Shown here in pieces: positions 26,264 through 34,162 of a DNA stretch of 64,000 bases. Both the position numbers and the translations under genes were made by a program. Source of the stretch: Bacteroidales bacterium (GTDB lineage: Bacteria > Bacteroidota > Bacteroidia > Bacteroidales > FEN-979); contig OY759717.1 in assembly GCA_963662525.1 (NCBI GenBank), positions 915,436 to 979,435 of the forward strand, read 5' to 3'. How positions within the stretch are numbered: the first letter of the stretch is position 1; each line of letters begins with the position of its first letter. Below the pieces are notes generated by a model that saw only the letters and a list, made by a program, of their open reading frames with translations, searched no databases and was not told where the DNA came from.

Positions 26264-27124
26264 ATGTTCATGGATGATTTAACCCCTATCCTGATAAAAG
26301 TCGTTCTGGAAACACTGAAGATCACCCTGATTGTTTTTGTCATGATGGTTCTGGTTGATTTGCTTAATGTTTGGACGAATGGAAATATTACCAGGTTTCT
26401 TCAAAAAGGAAGCCGGTTTAAGCAATATGTTTTATCTTCCTCGATTGGAGCGCTGCCTGGTTGTTTCGGAGCCTTTACCAATGTTTCTTTATATGTCCAT
26501 GGCCTGATCAGTTTAGGAGCCCTCACCGGAGCAATGGCCGCTGCCTCGGGAGATGAAGCCTTTGTTATGCTTTCCCTCTTCCCGAAAACGGCACTAATAC
26601 TGATCCTTATCCTTTTTATAATTGGAATTCTGGTTGGCTGGACCACCGACATGTTGATTAAAAAAACCGGGTTTAAACCTTGTATTGACTGTAAAGACCA
26701 GAAAGTGCACCCCAGGGAAAGAGGATTTGTTCACTATATGAAAGAACATGTCTGGACTCATATTATTAAAAAACACCTATGGAAAACAATGTTATGGACA
26801 TTTGGCGCCATGCTATTTGTCGAATTCGGAATTCAGTTTTTCCATCTGGATTCATTTTCCACGCAATATCCCATGGTACTCCTCTTTATTGCAGCCTTGA
26901 TGGGTCTTATCCCTGAATCGGGACCTCATATGGTATTTATCAGCCTTTATGCCGCCGGATTGGTCCCTTTCCCGGTTTTATTCACCAGTGCCTTTGTTCA
27001 GGATGGACATGGCATGTTGCCCATGCTTTCATATTCTGTTAAAGATTCTCTTTTGATAAAATCTGTGAATCTTGGCATTGGTATATCATTGGGGCTGATC
27101 ATGCTTTTAACAGGTATAAAATGA
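26264..27124 (+). CDS. Polytopic membrane protein, ArsP_2 / putative metal permease-like
   Basis: About 8-10 TM helices. Motifs GALPGCFGAF, IPESGPHMVF and QDGHGMLPML resemble that family as I remember it. Confidence 0.45.
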   Translation: MFMDDLTPILIKVVLETLKITLIVFVMMVLVDLLNVWTNGNITRFLQKGSRFKQYVLSSSIGALPGCFGAFTNVSLYVHGLISLGALTGAMAAASGDEAFVMLSLFPKTALILILILFIIGILVGWTTDMLIKKTGFKPCIDCKDQKVHPRERGFVHYMKEHVWTHIIKKHLWKTMLWTFGAMLFVEFGIQFFHLDSFSTQYPMVLLFIAALMGLIPESGPHMVFISLYAAGLVPFPVLFTSAFVQDGHGMLPMLSYSVKDSLLIKSVNLGIGISLGLIMLLTGIK

Positions 27125-27753
27125 AATCATTATTCGAACAATTATCAACCGACATACGTTTTCAGGAAGGACTGAATGCCTGCATCAGTTGTGGTACCTG
27201 CACGGCCATTTGTCCTGCTGCCCAGTTTTCCGACTACGACCCGAGAACCTTGGTCGAAACGGTCCAAAGAAGAGATGAATCGCTGTTACTGGATTTATTA
27301 AAAGGTGATACCATCTGGCGTTGCGGAGAATGTCTTTCCTGTAAAACCCGCTGTCCCAGGGGAAATACACCCGGGTATCTCATTCAGTCGCTCCGTGCTT
27401 TATCTATAAAAACAGGTGTGTTTGCAGATTCTGAGCAGGGAAGATTTCAACTTCACCTGAAAAGAACATTGGGCGAACATATGCTAAAGTACGGGTATTG
27501 CGTGTATATTGATGAAATTGATACTGATCATTACCCGGAGCAGGGACCGGTATGGGAATGGTACAGGGAGAACAGGATAGCCATCCTTGATCGTTTAGGC
27601 TCCAATTATAATCAGAAGGGTGCTGGCACCCTGAGAAAGATATCTGATCAATCCCTGGCCGATCTTCAGGCTATTTTTATCGAAACAGGTGCAATAAAAC
27701 GTTTTGAACAAATCGAAAGTGCTTGCCGGAAAGGAGTTTCAGATGAAAAATAA
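27121..27753 (+). CDS. hdrC: HdrC-like heterodisulfide reductase Fe-S subunit
   Basis: CISCGTCTAICP and CGECLSCKTRCP. The ATGA overlaps the upstream stop. Confidence 0.7.
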   Translation: MKSLFEQLSTDIRFQEGLNACISCGTCTAICPAAQFSDYDPRTLVETVQRRDESLLLDLLKGDTIWRCGECLSCKTRCPRGNTPGYLIQSLRALSIKTGVFADSEQGRFQLHLKRTLGEHMLKYGYCVYIDEIDTDHYPEQGPVWEWYRENRIAILDRLGSNYNQKGAGTLRKISDQSLADLQAIFIETGAIKRFEQIESACRKGVSDEK

Positions 27754-28807
27754 AAATCAGCAATGGCTGAACTATCAAAAAGAAATTGCCGACGATCATT
27801 ATTATTTCGCACGCTCCTGCATCCGGCAAAACTTTTTTCCCGCTTCTGAGACCATTTTTCTGAAAATCCTGCGCGAAGAACTAGGGAAGGATATTTTCGA
27901 CGACCCGGAACAAACCACTTGCACCGGTATTGCCTATCATTCAGGGATCCTCCCCTTTGAAACAACCATGACGGTAGTTGCCCGGCAATTTGCCCTGATG
28001 ACCGAAGCCGGATATGAGAATTTCGTTTGCTCCTGTGTCACCTCCTTCGGCATTTATACAGAAGTACTGGAAACCTGGAGAAACTTTCCAGAGGAGGAAA
28101 AAAAAACACGGGATGCACTGTTCAAGGCCACCGGGAAAACCTTCAAAATTCCAGCCAACCTTGTGCATACCAGCGATATCATCTATAAATTCAGAAATGA
28201 AATAGCTGAGAAAGCAAGGCTTACATTGAAAAACCATCTCACGGGAGATGCTTTGAAAATTGTAGACCATATCGGATGTCATTATGCTAAAATTTTTCCC
28301 TCGAAAGGGATCGGAGGAGCCGAATATCCGTATGTCCTTGCCGGCCTGATCGACAGCTGGGGCGGTCAGCAGGTTGATTACCCTGAACGCAGGCACTGCT
28401 GTGGATTTGGGTTCAGGCAATACCTGATTAAAGAAAACAGGGGGTATTCATTGTCAAATTCCAGAAAAAAATTTGAATCCATGCAGCCTTACCATCCGGA
28501 TCTGATCATTGCCAATTGCCCGGGCTGTACATTTTTCCTCGATCGCTGGCAATATGTCATCAGTGAAACTGAATGTAAAACATACGACACAGAAGGATAC
28601 GGATTTCCGGTGTTGACCTATGAAGAACTCGCGGGATTGGTTCTTGGATATAATCCATGGGATCTGGGATTGCAGCTTCACCAGGTGGATGTTGAACCAC
28701 TTTTACGCAAACTTGGAGTAAATTATTCACCTGCCGGTAAATACCTGGGAAAAAACGGAGTAAATTTGGGGCAACCTGAAAAACCGGGACGACTCAAAAC
28801 CGGATGA
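27743..28807 (+). CDS. hdrB: HdrB-like subunit (CCG domains)
   Basis: CCG-type cysteines (TCTGIAYH, CSCVTSFG, RRHCCGFGF, NCPGCTFF). The track start 27704 is a TTG; ATG 27743 overlaps the hdrC stop. Confidence 0.65.
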   Translation: MKNKNQQWLNYQKEIADDHYYFARSCIRQNFFPASETIFLKILREELGKDIFDDPEQTTCTGIAYHSGILPFETTMTVVARQFALMTEAGYENFVCSCVTSFGIYTEVLETWRNFPEEEKKTRDALFKATGKTFKIPANLVHTSDIIYKFRNEIAEKARLTLKNHLTGDALKIVDHIGCHYAKIFPSKGIGGAEYPYVLAGLIDSWGGQQVDYPERRHCCGFGFRQYLIKENRGYSLSNSRKKFESMQPYHPDLIIANCPGCTFFLDRWQYVISETECKTYDTEGYGFPVLTYEELAGLVLGYNPWDLGLQLHQVDVEPLLRKLGVNYSPAGKYLGKNGVNLGQPEKPGRLKTG

Positions 28808-28822
28808 ACAAACAAGGCCAGA

Positions 28823-29746
28823 ATGAATGATCATTCACCTCATAATAACCCTTCGGGTCGGTTAATCATAAGCATTTTACTCAATGGTTTGATTACCATT
28901 GCAGAGATTGCTGGTGGTATTTTTTCCAACAGCCTGGCATTGATTTCCGATGCCATCCATAACCTGAGTGATACCATGGCACTGATCCTTGCCTGGACAG
29001 CCAATAAAGTCGGCAGAAGGAAACCGGACACCAGACGTACCTTCGGATATAAACGCTTTGAAATCCTTTCCGCTTTTATAAATGCCTCTGTATTAACTGC
29101 GATTTCCATCTACCTTATCTATGAAGCCGTCTTGAGGGTTCTTCACCCTGAACCGGTCAAATCGGGAATCATGTTTATTATAGCCCTGGCAGGTTTATTG
29201 GCCAACCTGATTTCCATGTTATTCCTGCGCAGGGATTCCAAACACAGCCTGAATGTCAAAGCCGCTTACCTTCATTTATTGGGTGACACCCTTTCATCTA
29301 TTGCCGTCATAGCAGGCGCTGCCCTGATTTATTTCACCCAAATCCTTTGGATAGATCCTGTCATGACCCTTATCATCAGCATAGTTATCATCATTCAAGC
29401 CTATAAAATTCTTCGTGAGTCAATTGATATCCTCATGCAGAGCACCCCATCCAGACTAAATCTTGACGAAATCAGGGAAGTTATTGAAAAACACCCCCTG
29501 GTCAGGAATTTACATCATGTTCACTGCTGGCAATTACAGGACCAAGACGTCCTTTTTGAAGCCCATATTGAAGTAGAAAAAGACATGAAGGTGAGCGAAT
29601 CCAACATCCTGATGGAAGAAATCCGGCATCTCCTGGCCAAGCATTTCCAGATTTCCCATACCACACTACAAGCAGAGTATGATTGCTGTGAAGATACTGA
29701 GATGATAAAACTGAAAGTTGACCGGAAAATTCAGCGCCACATCTAA
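28823..29746 (+). CDS. Cation diffusion facilitator (CzcD/ZitB-type) metal efflux transporter
   Basis: SLALISDAIHNLSD and LHLLGDTLSS motifs, 6 TM helices and a cytoplasmic C-terminal domain. Confidence 0.8.
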   Translation: MNDHSPHNNPSGRLIISILLNGLITIAEIAGGIFSNSLALISDAIHNLSDTMALILAWTANKVGRRKPDTRRTFGYKRFEILSAFINASVLTAISIYLIYEAVLRVLHPEPVKSGIMFIIALAGLLANLISMLFLRRDSKHSLNVKAAYLHLLGDTLSSIAVIAGAALIYFTQILWIDPVMTLIISIVIIIQAYKILRESIDILMQSTPSRLNLDEIREVIEKHPLVRNLHHVHCWQLQDQDVLFEAHIEVEKDMKVSESNILMEEIRHLLAKHFQISHTTLQAEYDCCEDTEMIKLKVDRKIQRHI

Positions 29747-29777
29747 AAAATCCTAAATAGAAAATAACACTTGTATT

Positions 29778-29801
29778 ATGAACTTTTGTTCATTATTTTT
29801 G
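29778..29801 (+). promoter_or_regulatory. Operator ATGAACTTTTGTTCAT fused to -7 box TATTTTTG (peroxiredoxin promoter)
   Basis: TGAAC at 29779-29783, GTTCA at 29788-29792 and TATTTTTG at 29794-29801, 38 nt before the ATG. Confidence 0.7.
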
Positions 29802-29838
29802 TTAATTCATATTTATCCCACTAACTAAAAACAAGAAA

Positions 29839-30537
29839 ATGGAAACAAATCAAGTCATTGCAATGCCAAGAATAGGCGATTCAGCGCCGGCCTTCAGCGC
29901 TGTGACTACACAAGGCAATATCAATTTTCCAGCCGACTATCAGGGACAATGGGTCATCCTGTTCAGCCATCCTGCCGACTTTACTCCGGTCTGCACCTCA
30001 GAATTCATGACCTTCGCATCCATGCAGGAAGAGTTTAAATCACTTAATTGCATGCTCGTCGGTTTGTCGGTTGACGGACTTTACAGCCATATTGCGTGGC
30101 TCCGCACCATCAAGGAGAAGATTGAATATAAAGGCATGAAAAATGTTGAGGTGAACTTCCCGCTGATCGAGGACATCACCATGGAAGTGGCTAAGAAATA
30201 TGGCATGATACAGCCGGGAGAAAGCAATACAAAAGCGGTTAGGGCAGTATTCTTTATCGATCCGAAAGGAATAATCAGGGCCATTATTTATTACCCCCTC
30301 TCAATGGGAAGAAATTTCGATGAACTGAAACGTGCATTAATTGCCATGCAAACTGCCGATAAATTCCAGGTAGCTACCCCTGCTGACTGGCGTCCCGGAG
30401 ATGATGTTATCGTTCCTACCGCAGGATCATGTGGCACCGCGAAAGACCGCATGGAATCAAAAGACCCTGATGTAACCTGTTACGACTGGTTTTTCTGCAC
30501 TAAAAAATTGAGTAGGGAGAAGGTCAACGAAAAGTAG
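29839..30537 (+). CDS. 1-Cys/Prx6-type peroxiredoxin
   Basis: VILFSHPADFTPVCTSEF. Confidence 0.85.
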   Translation: METNQVIAMPRIGDSAPAFSAVTTQGNINFPADYQGQWVILFSHPADFTPVCTSEFMTFASMQEEFKSLNCMLVGLSVDGLYSHIAWLRTIKEKIEYKGMKNVEVNFPLIEDITMEVAKKYGMIQPGESNTKAVRAVFFIDPKGIIRAIIYYPLSMGRNFDELKRALIAMQTADKFQVATPADWRPGDDVIVPTAGSCGTAKDRMESKDPDVTCYDWFFCTKKLSREKVNEK

Positions 30538-30544
30538 AAGTGGT

Positions 30545-30760
30545 TTAACCTTGCAGTTTTACCTTATTATGTGACCAAAAATACAGGGAGAGAAAAATGG
30601 AAGTCGTGACCACCGCCAATGCAATGTAACAAAACATGCCACAATAAAACCCTTCCTTAGCGCCACAAACATTTGCAAAGCATCCAATAACTGCTATGAC
30701 AATATAATCTACAAATAAAATAAGAGATAAAACACTGAACAAAACAAGCAGCTTTTTCAT
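30545..30760 (-). CDS. Small Cys-rich membrane protein, hypothetical
   Basis: MKKLLVLFSVLSLILF... has two TM helices and 5 Cys. The start is uncertain; an ATG at 30817 is also possible. Confidence 0.35.
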   Translation of the reverse strand: MKKLLVLFSVLSLILFVDYIVIAVIGCFANVCGAKEGFYCGMFCYIALAVVTTSIFLSLYFWSHNKVKLQG

Positions 30761-30837
30761 ATATAGAATTTCACATAAAAGTACTGCATCCATATGACCA
30801 AGGATGATTATGTGCATTGAATCATCCCAATTTCAAA

Positions 30838-30853
30838 TGTGAGATAGATCACA
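30838..30853. promoter_or_regulatory. Perfect CRP-type site TGTGA-GATAGA-TCACA, 17 nt upstream of the crp/fnr-family gene
   Basis: Read directly from the sequence. It is the second copy of the TGTGA-N6-TCACA core seen at 25566-25581. Confidence 0.65.
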
Positions 30854-30869
30854 AAAATTTTGACTAGCG

Positions 30870-31577
30870 ATGAAAAGCAACGATACCATCCCAGAACCGA
30901 CCTTAAAATGCAGTTGTTGCAGCGAAAAATCCTGCGCATCACTGGTATTAAATAATGAGGAATTAAACGTTCTTAGCAATAATTGCTGTGAAGCCGCATT
31001 TGTCCGCAATGAAACTGTCCTGAAAGAAGGGTCTTTCACTTCCCATATTATTTATTTAAGAACCGGGCTGGTTAAAGAGTCAAAAAAGAATGAAAGAGGA
31101 CAGGAACACATCATGCAGATCATTAAAAGCCATGCTTATCTTGGATTGCCTTCCCTGTTCGGAGACAGGATCAACCAGTATTCCTATACGGCATTAACCA
31201 ATGTTACCGTTTGCTTTATTGATGTGAATGTATATAAACAGATGATCCTGGAGAATGGAAAATTCTCTTATGAGATTCTGGCCACCGTATGCAGGGAAAG
31301 CCTGAATAATTATCACCAACTGGTAAATAAGCAGCAGAAGCAATTAAGCGGAAAAATTGCCGATACCCTACTGTATTTTTCCCGGAATATTTTCGAAAGC
31401 AATCATTACGAACTTCCCCTGAACAGGAATGAAATAGCCGGTCTCATCGGATCCAGCCGGGAAAGTGTGACGAAACAGTTAAACCACTTTGTGGCCGATG
31501 GCCTGATCAGTTTAAAAGGCCGCTCCATTGAACTCCTTGGAATCGATAAACTTGAAAAAATCAGCAAATTCGGATAA
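30870..31577 (+). CDS. Crp/Fnr-family transcriptional regulator with Cys-rich N-terminus
   Basis: N-terminal LKCSCCSEKSC...NNCC, a cNMP-like beta-roll, and C-terminal HTH (RNEIAGLIGSSRESVTKQLNHF). Confidence 0.8.
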   Translation: MKSNDTIPEPTLKCSCCSEKSCASLVLNNEELNVLSNNCCEAAFVRNETVLKEGSFTSHIIYLRTGLVKESKKNERGQEHIMQIIKSHAYLGLPSLFGDRINQYSYTALTNVTVCFIDVNVYKQMILENGKFSYEILATVCRESLNNYHQLVNKQQKQLSGKIADTLLYFSRNIFESNHYELPLNRNEIAGLIGSSRESVTKQLNHFVADGLISLKGRSIELLGIDKLEKISKFG

Positions 31578-31620
31578 AAGGTTAAATAACCTCCTGATCA
31601 TATCAATAACTCTGATAGGT

Positions 31621-32241
31621 TCAGGTTTTCCTTGATCTGGCTACCAATAAAAATACCGGGTATTCCCTGACAATTCCACCTTCCCCTGTTTTTTTAATCA
31701 CAAAACATGGCTGGTGCCTTACATTGGCAAAACCTTTTCCGACAAGCTTTTCCGCTATGGTTTCCGGATTAAACCCCTGGTGACCGGTAAAGGAGGCGTC
31801 ATGAAAAGAACCATCCTCCGGATAAAGATCAGCAATGGCCAGGTATCCACCCGACTTGAGCAGCCCATGAAATTTTTTCAGCATGGTTTCAATATCAGCA
31901 ACATGATGAAAAACCATCTGGGTATATAGGATGTCATATTGTCCCGAAAAATCTTCTTTCTCCAGATCAAGAACATGGGCTTCCATATGACAGATTCCCT
32001 GAGAAATGATCTTTTCATTCATGATCCTTACCATTTCCTTCGAATTATCCAGCAAAGTGATTTCCGAAAATTTTTCTTTGAGTTCAAGACTTAAAAGCCC
32101 GGTGCCTGCTCCAAACTCGAGGGCAGACATATCTTCCCTAGCGGGTATCATCTCCAGTAATTTAGCTGCAATGGCCTGCGAGCGCTCAAGATGCATCGGA
32201 TTGGCATCCCAACCCGCAGCTTTTTGATCAAATTCACTCAT
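31621..32241 (-). CDS. Class I SAM-dependent methyltransferase
   Basis: LEFGAGTGLLS motif I, DILYTQMVFHH. Confidence 0.75.
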   Translation of the reverse strand: MSEFDQKAAGWDANPMHLERSQAIAAKLLEMIPAREDMSALEFGAGTGLLSLELKEKFSEITLLDNSKEMVRIMNEKIISQGICHMEAHVLDLEKEDFSGQYDILYTQMVFHHVADIETMLKKFHGLLKSGGYLAIADLYPEDGSFHDASFTGHQGFNPETIAEKLVGKGFANVRHQPCFVIKKTGEGGIVREYPVFLLVARSRKT

Positions 32242-32326
32242 GGATGTAAGATTCTAAATTTGAACTGCCAGTATTTGATATAAAACCGGTGTTTTTAATG
32301 CAAAGATAAAAAAAATAAATTAATTA

Positions 32327-32345
32327 AATCGCCTTAGTATCACTA
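32327..32345 (+). promoter_or_regulatory. Conserved box AATCGCCTTAGTATCACTA (copy 2 of 3)
   Basis: The same box occurs at 4384 and 36734. The upstream flank aaataaatta is also shared with copy 1. Confidence 0.55.
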
Positions 32346-32430
32346 TTTAAATTAGAAGAATATCTATTTATTCACAATTATTATTTAAGTTTGTTATTGA
32401 TCAGTATTTTACCATGAAAAACCACAAATT

Positions 32431-34092
32431 ATGTATGAGCATTACACCGTTTCACGTTACCTCCTGCATCGTTTGCAGGAGATCGGGATTAAACATCTCT
32501 TCGGGGTACCAGGTGATTACAGCCTTGACTTCCTGGACGAGGTGATGGAAAGTCCCATTCAATGGGTGGGAAATTGCAATGAACTGAATGCCGGTTACGC
32601 AGCCGACGGTTATGCCCGCCTGAACGGAGCCGGTGCTGCAGTTGTTACATACGGCGTTGGTGGACTGAGTATTATCAATGCCGTTGCCGGAGCCTTTGCC
32701 GAGCAAGTGCCGGTGATCATCATCAATGCGGCTCCCCCGGCACGGCGCAGGGAATCGGGTGCCATGGTCCATCACCTGGTATCAAATTATTATCTGCAAC
32801 TTGACATCTTCAAAAAGATTACTGCCGATTCAGCCCTCCTTTCTGATCCCCATACTGCTCCTGATGAAATCGACCGGGTGATCAGTAACTGCATCGCCAG
32901 AAAATTGCCCGGCTATCTGGAACTTCCCGCCGACATCACCCATGCTCCATGCCGCGCCCCCGGTGAAATGATCAAGGCCACACCGCTCATCTCTGACCCG
33001 GAAAGTTTAGCTGAATGTGTAGCAGAGGCTGCGGAAATGTTTAATAAATCGGCTCATCCCATTATCCTGGCCGGCGTTGAATTACTCCGCTTCGGGCTCG
33101 CGAATGAAGCGCTCCATCTGGTTGAAACCACGGAAGTCCCCTTTGCCACCATGCTGAGCAGCAAATCGGTCTTGCCCGAACTTCATCCTCAGTTTACCGG
33201 GATGTACCAGGGGGGCTGGAGCAAAGAGGCGCTTCGCCGCCAGGTGGAAGATTCCGACTGCCTGTTGTCCCTCGGTGTATGGATGACAGACCTGGATACC
33301 GGCCTGTTCAGCATGAACCTCGACAACCGCCGGATGATCAGCGTAGGCAGTGGACAAGTCCGTATTGGCAGCCATTATTATCACCAGATACAACTGGGCG
33401 ATTTTATGCGCGAATTAACGCTTTTGGTGCATCCCCGCTCCTACCTTGCTTCGCATCCTGCTGAATCCTACCGTCCCCGGCAAACCTTTATTCCCCAGCC
33501 ATCATGTATCCTCACTGCCCCGCGACTCTATGAATGTCTTAATTTCTATCTGAACGACCAGATGATTCTCCTGGCCGAGCCTGGCGATGCCTTCTGCGCG
33601 GCCCCTGAATTCCATATCGAAGAGGCAGAAAACTTCATCGTTCAGGCCTATTATTGTTCCATCGGCTACTGTACTCCGGCTGCCCTGGGCGTTTCCCTGG
33701 CCCGTCCCTCGAAACGGACGCTGATACTCTCGGGCGATGGCGCCTTCCAGATGACCGCCCAGGAGGTTTCCACCCTGGCCAAACAACACTGTCCAGCCCT
33801 GATCATAATCATCAATAATGATGGCTACCTGATCGAACGCCGCCTCCATAAAGATGGCGCCTATAACGATATCAGGATGTGGAAATACGCGGAATTACCC
33901 GGGATCTTTGATGATGGATCGTTTGCCACAGGTATACGCGTAACCAACGAGGAAGGACTTGATCATGCCATGAAGACTGCTATCGCTGCTAAAGATAAAC
34001 TCGTGCTCATCGAAGCCTGCCTGCCCCACCGCGACTGTTCAGCAGGCCTGGAAAGACTTGGGAATGCTTTCAGAAAGGCACAGCAAAAATAG
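32431..34092 (+). CDS. Thiamine-diphosphate alpha-keto-acid decarboxylase (indolepyruvate/phenylpyruvate/pyruvate decarboxylase family)
   Basis: YLLHRLQEIGIKHLFGVPGDYSLDFLD, NELNAGYAADGYAR and the ThDP motif GDGAFQMTAQE...NNDGY. It is much more GC-rich than its neighbours. Confidence 0.8.
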   Translation: MYEHYTVSRYLLHRLQEIGIKHLFGVPGDYSLDFLDEVMESPIQWVGNCNELNAGYAADGYARLNGAGAAVVTYGVGGLSIINAVAGAFAEQVPVIIINAAPPARRRESGAMVHHLVSNYYLQLDIFKKITADSALLSDPHTAPDEIDRVISNCIARKLPGYLELPADITHAPCRAPGEMIKATPLISDPESLAECVAEAAEMFNKSAHPIILAGVELLRFGLANEALHLVETTEVPFATMLSSKSVLPELHPQFTGMYQGGWSKEALRRQVEDSDCLLSLGVWMTDLDTGLFSMNLDNRRMISVGSGQVRIGSHYYHQIQLGDFMRELTLLVHPRSYLASHPAESYRPRQTFIPQPSCILTAPRLYECLNFYLNDQMILLAEPGDAFCAAPEFHIEEAENFIVQAYYCSIGYCTPAALGVSLARPSKRTLILSGDGAFQMTAQEVSTLAKQHCPALIIIINNDGYLIERRLHKDGAYNDIRMWKYAELPGIFDDGSFATGIRVTNEEGLDHAMKTAIAAKDKLVLIEACLPHRDCSAGLERLGNAFRKAQQK

Positions 34093-34162
34093 AGACCGCA
34101 AGTTTATCGGGATTTGGTTGTCTAAGTATTAAAACAAATCCTAAACCTAAAAAGAAAAGAAC

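Noticed and set aside
27941-28420. 159-aa minus-strand ORF inside hdrB-like, and 147-aa minus-strand ORF (3680-4123) inside the cysteine desulfurase gene.
   Set aside because: Both are antisense to CDSs supported by catalytic motifs, and neither has independent support.
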